Source: a bacterium
GTDB taxonomy: Bacteria; UBA8248
Direction: 5' to 3'
DNA length: 64,000 nucleotides
Assembly: GCA_965203325.1 (NCBI GenBank)
Contig: OZ241875.1
Coordinates: forward strand, 192,001-256,000
How positions within the stretch are numbered: the first letter of the stretch is position 1; every line of letters starts with the position of its first letter. This document shows, piece after piece, positions 57,381 through 64,000 of the stretch. The translations under genes were made by a program, and so were the position numbers. The notes under the pieces are model-generated. The model saw only the letters and a program-made list of their open reading frames with translations, did not search any database and was not told the DNA's origin.

Positions 57381-59105
57381 CTATTCCCGGGCCGCTGCGG
57401 GCGTATACGTCTTGAGCGGGTCCGTATCGAACAATATCCCGCCATCCTCCCCGTGCGCGAGGCGCGTGACGAAACTGCAGTTCGCCTCGTCCGTTTCGGG
57501 GTAATCCAGCCGGAAATGCGCCCCCCGGCTCTCTTCCCTGTTGAGCGCGGCGGTGGCGAGGAGTTTCCCCAGAAGCGCCAGGTTCCGGACCGAGAGCGCG
57601 CTTTCGAGTTCCTGGCCTTTTGTTTTCTCAGAGGCGCGCGCGCCGTCATCGAGCCGCATATTGAGGATATCCTCGTTCTCAATGCGCGCATATTCATCCA
57701 GCGCGTCCCGGCAGCCCCCGGCGTCGCGTATGGGGCCGAGCTTCTCGTGCGCGAGCATCCGGCAGCGCATGCGCACGTCTTTCTGGAGCGGGCCCTCCTC
57801 GCGCTCGATGAGCGCTTCCAGCCAGGCGCGCTCCGCTTCGGGAATGCCGCCGAAAACAGCCGGCGCGTCCCGTCCGCTCGCCTTCACCCCTTCAGAAACC
57901 TCCTTGCCCGCTCGTCTCCCGTAGACCAGCGAGGCCGAAAGCGCCGAGCCGCCGATGCGGTTGCCGCCGTGGATGCCGCCCCCCGTCTCGCCCGCGGCCC
58001 AAAGGCCCGGCACGCGCGTTTTTCCATTAACGTCTATCTCCAGACCGCCGAGCCATGTGTGGCTGCCCGGCGCCACCTCGAGCGGCGTTTTCGTGATGTC
58101 GATGCCGCGCGAGAGACAGGTTTTGTATACGTGGGGGATCTGTTTCTGGATCGTCTCCATGGGGACTTTCGTCGCGTCCATGTAAATGCCGCCCGTTAAG
58201 CCCGCTCTGCCTGCGTGAATCTCCTTCGCCATGGCGAGGATGACCTCGCTGCGCGTGCTTTTTTCCGCCGTGTCGGGGAAGTAGCGTTTAAGGAACGCCT
58301 CGCCCTCCTGGTTCAGGAATATGGCGCCCGCGTTGATGAACCCGGTGGGATGCGGCGCGAAGCCGAATAGTTCCTCGGGCGCGCAGCACATGGCCTGAAA
58401 ATCGATCATCTCGATGCCGAGGAGTGCTGCGCCCGCGCGAAAGCCCAGGACGTAGCCGTCGCCCGTCACCTGCGGCGGGTTGTCGTTCACGTAGAAAAGA
58501 CCGCTCCCGCCCCCCGTGGCGAGAATCACCTCACGCGCGGCGTAGACCATGAGGCAGCCGCGCGAGTAGTCCACCCCCCAGGCGCCGATGACGCGGCCAT
58601 CTTCGGTGATGAGGTCCACGATAGCCACATGGGGATGCTGGCCGATGCGGGCGTCGCCCCGAAGACGCTTCGAGAGCACCTTGGTGACCATGTTGCCCGT
58701 GGTGTCGTGGTGGTGCAGGGCGCGGGGATAGGTGTGGCTCGGGAACATCTTGAGGTCGAGGTCGCCGTTATCGGCGGTGATGAACTCCGCCCCCCAATCG
58801 CGCATGTCGCGCACGACGTCGATGATGTCGTACACCCAGGTTCTCGCCAGTTCGGGGTCGATGAGCTCGCCGCCGTATTTCAATATCTCCTGCAGGTGAA
58901 GCTCCGGACTGTCGCCCGGCGCCATCGCCGCGGCGAATCCACCCCGCGCCACGGTCGTCGTACCGCTCGTGGCGCGGCCCTTGGTGGCCTGGATAACGCG
59001 CACGCCCGCCTGCGCGCACTCGAAGGCGGCCATCGTCCCCGCTGCGCCCCCGCCCACGATCAACACGTCGGTCTCGTGGCGTTCTTCCGCGATGTTTCCC
59101 GCCAT
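57381..59105 (-). CDS. FAD-dependent oxidoreductase, SdhA/FrdA/NadB superfamily
   Basis: VGGGAAG, LATGG, TGDG, AAGE, HGGNRIGG, REESRGAHFRLDYP. Confidence 0.88.
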   Translation of the reverse strand: MAGNIAEERHETDVLIVGGGAAGTMAAFECAQAGVRVIQATKGRATSGTTTVARGGFAAAMAPGDSPELHLQEILKYGGELIDPELARTWVYDIIDVVRDMRDWGAEFITADNGDLDLKMFPSHTYPRALHHHDTTGNMVTKVLSKRLRGDARIGQHPHVAIVDLITEDGRVIGAWGVDYSRGCLMVYAAREVILATGGGSGLFYVNDNPPQVTGDGYVLGFRAGAALLGIEMIDFQAMCCAPEELFGFAPHPTGFINAGAIFLNQEGEAFLKRYFPDTAEKSTRSEVILAMAKEIHAGRAGLTGGIYMDATKVPMETIQKQIPHVYKTCLSRGIDITKTPLEVAPGSHTWLGGLEIDVNGKTRVPGLWAAGETGGGIHGGNRIGGSALSASLVYGRRAGKEVSEGVKASGRDAPAVFGGIPEAERAWLEALIEREEGPLQKDVRMRCRMLAHEKLGPIRDAGGCRDALDEYARIENEDILNMRLDDGARASEKTKGQELESALSVRNLALLGKLLATAALNREESRGAHFRLDYPETDEANCSFVTRLAHGEDGGILFDTDPLKTYTPAAARE

Positions 59106-59372
59106 CTGAATCGTCCTTTCACACCAATGATTTATAAATGAAAAAAGATTTACGGGCGCATCTTAAACCATTTGAGGGGAAAAGACCGCCCGCGCCGGGT
59201 TTTCGAGGCAACCGGGCCGCGGCCCCTCGATGCGCGGCTTCGCCACTGCTCCAGGTGGTGAAGGCGACGGCTCCCCTCTTCGCCCAGGATGATGACGCGA
59301 ACTTCACCCGCGCTTATAATGGCGGCGCATCGCCCGGCTGCGGCCTTACGGAAACGGAGGGAGTCCTTAACC

Positions 59373-59708
59373 ATGACGCGAGTAGACGACGCGCTTCTAC
59401 GGCGGATGGTGAAGACCATCGTGGATGAGGTCGATCCCGAGCAGGTGATCCTTTTCGGCTCACGCGCACGCGGCGACGCGGGGGCGGATTCCGACGTGGA
59501 TTTCGTGGTGGTGGAAGCCGCCCCCTTTAAGGAGGGGCGGGACAGGCGCTCCGAAACGACGCGGCTTTGGCGCGCGCTGGCGGGTTTCGACGTTTCCAAG
59601 GATATTCTGCTCTTCAGCAGCGATGAAGTGGAATACTGGCGCGACTCCTTGAACCACGTCCTGGCGCGCGCCCTGCGCGAAGGCGAAGTGCTCTATGAGC
59701 GACCCTAA
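59373..59708 (+). CDS. Minimal nucleotidyltransferase (MNT)
   Basis: ILFGSRARGDAGADSDVD, RALREGEVLYE; GGAGGGAG RBS; candidate promoter ATGACG-N17-TATAAT at 59292-59320. Confidence 0.88.
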   Translation: MTRVDDALLRRMVKTIVDEVDPEQVILFGSRARGDAGADSDVDFVVVEAAPFKEGRDRRSETTRLWRALAGFDVSKDILLFSSDEVEYWRDSLNHVLARALREGEVLYERP

Positions 59709-59750
59709 ACAGGCCAGCGTGCTCCTGGAGGCGGCGGCGCGGGACGTTCT
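59695..59750 (+). pseudogene. Truncated HEPN partner of the MNT
   Basis: Overlapping start MSDPKQASVLLEAAARD looks like a HEPN N-terminal helix; the rest of the track ORF runs into the antisense strand of the next gene. Confidence 0.5.
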
Positions 59751-59816
59751 TCGACGCGCGGCTTCGAAACTGCTGCATGAGAAGGATAGATTGAAGATTA
59801 CACGGCCTCCGAGCCC

Positions 59817-61061
59817 TCATCCACGCGCGAGCATCTCGATCATCTTCTCCGCGCACGCATCGGCGAAGGCCGGGTCGTTGATGTGGAGATCGAGCGAGAT
59901 GATCTCCCCCCTCTCCAGGTGCTCCGCCAGCGAAGCCGCAAAGGCGGCGTCCACCTCGGGCTGGCGCCAATCGCCCGCATCGCGACCTTCCAGATCGTGG
60001 GCTTTTCGTTTCGTGTGCTCGCTGTAGCCTTTCGTGGGTATGAGGACCGATAAGGGACCCCTGGCGCGGTTCAGCTTTTCCGCCATCAGGACGCCGAGCG
60101 CCTCGAACTCCTCCCTGTTCGTGCGCATGAGGAGGTTCTGGGCGTTGTACTGGAAAAACGCTCTCCCCTGATATTTCCCGGGCACCTGGCCCGTCCAGAA
60201 ATTCGCGTGATCGAGCGCCCCCGGCACCACGACTTGTGGAATACCTGCAGCACCCGCCGCCTCGAGCCTCCCCGCGCCCGCGCTGTATACGCCGTCCACC
60301 AGCAAATCCGTGAGTTCGTGCGTGGTGACGTCCACCACGCCGGCCAACTCGCCCAGCCCGGCCAGGGATTCGAGCGCGCGCCCGCCGGGTCCCGAGGCGT
60401 GAAAGAACATGACCTCATAGCCCGCCTCGGTGAGCCGCCTTTCCACCTGTTCGACGCATGCCGCCGTCCCGCCGAAAGAAGACACCCCGATGAGGGGCGG
60501 CGCGGAACTACCGTTCTCTCCTTCCGCACCCTCTTGTTTCACCATTCCCGCCAGAGCGAGAGCGGCGTTCTTCAGCACCCCGCGCGTGATGCGGTTCAGG
60601 GAGATATCGCCGATGGAGGGAAACATGATGATGTCGCTCTCGGCCACGTACCACTGCACGGCCGCCGTGGCGGCGACGACGCTCACCATCACCTTGGGCG
60701 CGAGGGGCGGCAGCGCGCGCATGATGGCGCAGGCCATTGAGGTGCCATTCGCCCCGCCGAGGCCGACCGCGCCGTGTATTTCGCCTTCCCGATATTTTTC
60801 GGCCACAACCCGCCTTCCGCCTTCCATCATGATTTCCGAGGCGGCGTTTCTCTCCATATCAGCGAGATCGTCCCAACTCCGTCCGGCAGCGGCCGCCACC
60901 TCCGCGCCGGTGACATCCGCACCGCCAGCCTCATGCGGCTTACAGGACAAATCCACCAAGAGGGGTTTTACGCCCGATTCCGCCAGCGCATCCGCCACGA
61001 AGCGCGCCTCCGGCCCCTTGCTGTCCATCGTCACCAATATGGCTACACCCGGTTTCGACAT
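59817..61061 (-). CDS. Tm-1-like ATP-binding (UPF0261) protein
   Basis: TMDSKGPE, GLGGANGT, LAPKVMVS, FHASGPGG, DVTTHEL, PQVVVPGALD, LMRT, HINDPAFA. Confidence 0.88.
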   Translation of the reverse strand: MSKPGVAILVTMDSKGPEARFVADALAESGVKPLLVDLSCKPHEAGGADVTGAEVAAAAGRSWDDLADMERNAASEIMMEGGRRVVAEKYREGEIHGAVGLGGANGTSMACAIMRALPPLAPKVMVSVVAATAAVQWYVAESDIIMFPSIGDISLNRITRGVLKNAALALAGMVKQEGAEGENGSSAPPLIGVSSFGGTAACVEQVERRLTEAGYEVMFFHASGPGGRALESLAGLGELAGVVDVTTHELTDLLVDGVYSAGAGRLEAAGAAGIPQVVVPGALDHANFWTGQVPGKYQGRAFFQYNAQNLLMRTNREEFEALGVLMAEKLNRARGPLSVLIPTKGYSEHTKRKAHDLEGRDAGDWRQPEVDAAFAASLAEHLERGEIISLDLHINDPAFADACAEKMIEMLARG

Positions 61062-61085
61062 TTTTCCTTACCCGATAAATTGGTC

Positions 61086-61234
61086 ATTGGTGTAGCGTAT
61101 CAGACGGCTCGGCGCCTTTGTAACCGCATCCTCGAGGCGATGGGCAAACCGCTTGAAGGCCCTACGCTTCTGGGCATGGTGAAATCGATGAGACGCTCAT
61201 AGGCGGCAAGAAGAAGGGCAAGGGGAGCGGCTGG
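61086..61234 (+). mobile_element. IS1595-family transposase remnant
   Basis: IGVAYQTARRLCNRILEAM...LLGMV, then after a 1-nt frameshift IDETLIGGKKKG, matching the IS1595 pattern GVSYKTAW...HRIR.AM...L.G.VE.DETY.GGK. Confidence 0.7.
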
Positions 61235-61290
61235 TGCCTAGGCTAGGACTATGGCCCCACCCTGCAGGGAATCCCCCCGGCGCTCCACCA

Positions 61291-62548
61291 TTACCGTCTG
61301 GCTCCAAACGCGGCGGTAAGGTCTGAACGCTCAACGGTGCCGCCAACATAGCGATGATTGTCGCCGTAAAACGAGCCTGACACTACGCCAGCATCACCGC
61401 CGGTCGAATACAGGTAATTGCTCCCGACCCGGATATCATAATCAAGCGTCCCGCCACCCCACCTCACCCCTCCCCTGCGTGTTGGTGTAGACAAGACAGG
61501 AAAAGACCTTAGGTTCGTGAACTTGGCGGTTCCGCACATGGTGAGAAGGGCCACGCTGACCGTAGCTGTCCCCGCCACCGTCCGCAATTTCGGGGTCAAT
61601 CCGAGCAACTCCCCGCGCCAAGTTACCACCCTTGTTTTGGACAACCCGCTCTCTGCAAGCGGCTTTGATGGTTCAGTCCCCGAGGTAAACGGCACATTGA
61701 CATTGTTCGCATGGCGCACACCGAAGGAAACAGGGCCGAGAACGCCTGTGATATCGGTGCTTTCGTCATCCCATGTGCCGAGACTCTGAACCGAAATATC
61801 TTCAGGTTCCGTATCTTCCGAGAGTTTCGTATACAGGACTTGCAGGGCGGCCATATCAATATTCGGCAATGAACCATCAAGACGGAACCATGCGTCCTCC
61901 ATAATTGAATCCGCAAAGTCCTTTCCCGGATGCCCTGCGAATCCCAAACCGTGTATTAATTCGTGAACCAGAACGGAAACGACTTGCCAGTCCGGCCTGT
62001 CGCGAAAAAAAGCAGAGTTCATTTCGACCGCAGACGCTCGCAGATGTTTTTTTTTCCCATCGTCCCTGTTGCGCATCATACTCAAGGATTGTGGACTGAT
62101 GCCCCAATGCTTGAGAGCCGGGCCGACCACCACGAGGGTTCCCGTCAATAAACTCGATAAAGATTTGCCCGTCCGGGATATCCGGGAGTCCCCCCTCCCA
62201 GTCCCACGCCACACCAGCAGGAGCAACCGGTCCGAGCCGAAGGTGCTGATTATATGGCAACGCACGATTTACGAGCGCGATTGCTTGCATCGATATCGAC
62301 CGCTCTCGTTTGCTCATTCCCTCTGCAAGACGTACGATTGGAGGCACAGCAAAACGAACCAGCCCGGGAGAATGACTCCAGCTGTAATTCGGCCCGCTTT
62401 GCCACGGCCCGCCGCTAGCGTGCGTGTACAGATATTCAGCAATCCGTTCTGCGCTGGGAAGATCGGAGCCTCTCGATATGCCTGGAAATGCCGCTGGAAC
62501 ACTACCAACCAAGACAGCCAGCACGAAAATTGCAACTAGACGTTTCAT
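61291..62548 (-). pseudogene. Secreted metzincin-like Zn-peptidase with C-terminal TbpB-like beta-barrel, frameshifted at an A9 tract (62047-62055)
   Basis: Signal peptide MKRLVAIFVLAVLVGSVPAA. Removing one A joins GRWEKK to HLRASAVEM...HELIHGLGFAGH...DSIM and the C-terminal GSFYGDNHRYVGGTVERSDLTAAFGARR. Confidence 0.7.
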
Positions 62549-63279
62549 CTTCCGACCCCTCTCAGCGAATGCCCGGCCCCACTGGCCGGGTCGGTCGCTA
62601 AACACACCCTGATTGTGTGGGGTTTCCGCCTATTCCCGCGGGAAAGCGGTCTTGTATTCGACGGACAGCCCGGATTTGCAGGCTTCAATGTGCGTTTAGC
62701 GTGATGGAAGTATGTTGCACTCATTATCATTTTTTCAATTTCCTCTTTTTTCCCTTTCTCTCATGGCAACAATGAGCATTTTGTAGTGAGAGAACCAGCC
62801 TCTATCAGAAGGCGGAGCATATCCCATCGCAGGTGCCTTTTCCCGCAACGAATTTCTCTCCAGCATCCAGTCAGTGAATTCGGGCGGTCAAAGTTTGTCC
62901 TTTTCGCATTCGTAAATTAGCTGCTGAACCCTATTCAAACGCTCAAGGTTTTCTAAAACCTCTCCCTCCTTGTGCGCCTTCACCTGCGACACTATAAATC
63001 AGACGTTCCGTACAGGCCGGTTACTATGGCCAAGAAACCAAAAAACCACTGCCACGCATCCTATTTCCAAAAATAAAATATGCAGGCAACCAAACATGGC
63101 GCCACACACTGAGATCATCCGTGAGGCCAGGCATCCCGGCAACAAAAATGAAGTCAGAAAAGAGACAGGGCACACGAGAAGCCCGTTTTTTCTTGCCCAT
63201 GATGCGCAACACTACATATTGCGCTGCACTTTGCAAAATAGATAATCACGAAAGATTATGCCAAAAGACGGCCTCGCAT

Positions 63280-64000
63280 CTATTTCCGCAAGCGCACGGA
63301 TTTGAAACCCTGCGCCGCCCTGGGCACGGCGTCTTCCACCGGAAAGCGTTCGGCGGAGGAGCCGCCCACATAGCCGTCGAAGCGGCTCTCCAAGTCGAGA
63401 AGCCTCTCGAAATCGGCGGGCGTCTCAATCGCGCCTCCATGACAGGTGAAGATTCTCTCCCCGTATTTCGGCAATAAAGCGTCGAATATCGCCGCCGCGC
63501 GCTGTGCGGCCAGATCGAGCGGCATCACCGTTTTGGAACCGATGGAACCACCCGAGCTGTTCCCGAAATGAATGATAATGTTGTCCACGCCCGCCTCCGC
63601 CATGGCGAGGGCCTCATCCGGCGTGGTCGTGAAGGCTTTGGTGAACATGCCCTTTCGGCTCGCATAGCCCAGAACGTCGACTTCTTTCGAAAAACCCATG
63701 CCGGTTTCCTCCAGGTCTTTTCGGAAGTTCCCGTCGATTAAGGCGACCGTGGGGCAGTTCATCACCCCGTGGAAGCCCGCCGCTGCAATTTTATCCACGA
63801 ACCCGGACATGTCTCTCGTGGGGTCCGCTCCCAGAAGGCCCGCGACCACGGGGCATTCCCGCACCACGTTCAGGATGGAGCGCTCGCCCAGTTCGAGCGT
63901 GATGGCGTTCGCGTCTCCGATGGGCAGGTAGCCCGCCATCGAGCTCAGACCCTGCATCCGGTAGTAGGCGAGGTTGAAGGTGGTGACGAGGTCCGCTCCG
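63280..64000 (-). CDS. PEP-hydrolase-like TIM-barrel protein (usual partner of Tm-1-like/UPF0261); 5' end outside window
   Basis: GADLVTTFN..YYRMQG, PIGDAN, GVMNCPTVALIDGNFRKDLEETGMGF, HGGAI, GYVGGSSAER. Confidence 0.88.
   Translation of the reverse strand, partial: GADLVTTFNLAYYRMQGLSSMAGYLPIGDANAITLELGERSILNVVRECPVVAGLLGADPTRDMSGFVDKIAAAGFHGVMNCPTVALIDGNFRKDLEETGMGFSKEVDVLGYASRKGMFTKAFTTTPDEALAMAEAGVDNIIIHFGNSSGGSIGSKTVMPLDLAAQRAAAIFDALLPKYGERIFTCHGGAIETPADFERLLDLESRFDGYVGGSSAERFPVEDAVPRAAQGFKSVRLRK

Noticed and set aside
62735..62992. Minus-strand reading frame with an internal TGA (…CEKDKL*PPEF…) as a third selenoprotein
   Set aside because: No recognisable family, no redox-motif context and no clear hairpin. 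It is more likely decayed island DNA.
1..64000. Genome-wide UGA reassignment (genetic code 4 or 25)
   Set aside because: Many complete genes end in TGA, including ATGA stop/start overlaps (mtaB, hemC, ubiX, fdrA). Read-through is indicated only at two catalytic-Cys positions.

Overview
This is a GC-rich, gene-dense chromosomal window from a diderm bacterium. The ccsA-hemA-hemC-hemD-hemB order, DcaP porin, many LLM/SDR/Mo-hydroxylase genes and TAXI-TRAP transporter fit a Nitrospinota/Tectomicrobia- or Deltaproteobacteria-like lineage, but that is inference only. It holds housekeeping genes (mtaB, glnA, hem operon, pyrD/pyrK, plsC, cutA, meaB), many catabolic and transport genes, and small accessory insertions. 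The strongest signals are as follows. (1) Two genes that the ORF track splits at an in-frame TGA sitting exactly at the catalytic Cys position, each followed by a stem-loop: a DsbA/FrnE-like protein (UxxC) and a two-domain sulfurtransferase (YUQTGYR). Both are probable selenoproteins. (2) Composite repeat elements whose shared inverted ends enclose different mixes of palindromic repeat families. (3) An MNT-HEPN cassette flanked by a 105-bp duplication of the thiolase 3' end. (4) An uncharacterised catabolic cluster (PEP-hydrolase-like, Tm-1-like, flavoprotein, UbiX, FdrA, amidase) interrupted by two insertions, one encoding a secreted metzincin/beta-barrel protein frameshifted at an A9 tract. 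(5) A GlnR-like orphan regulator next to glnA, with GlnR-box-like sites. I saw no rRNA, tRNA or CRISPR array. All family calls come from recognising motifs by eye; no database searches were run.
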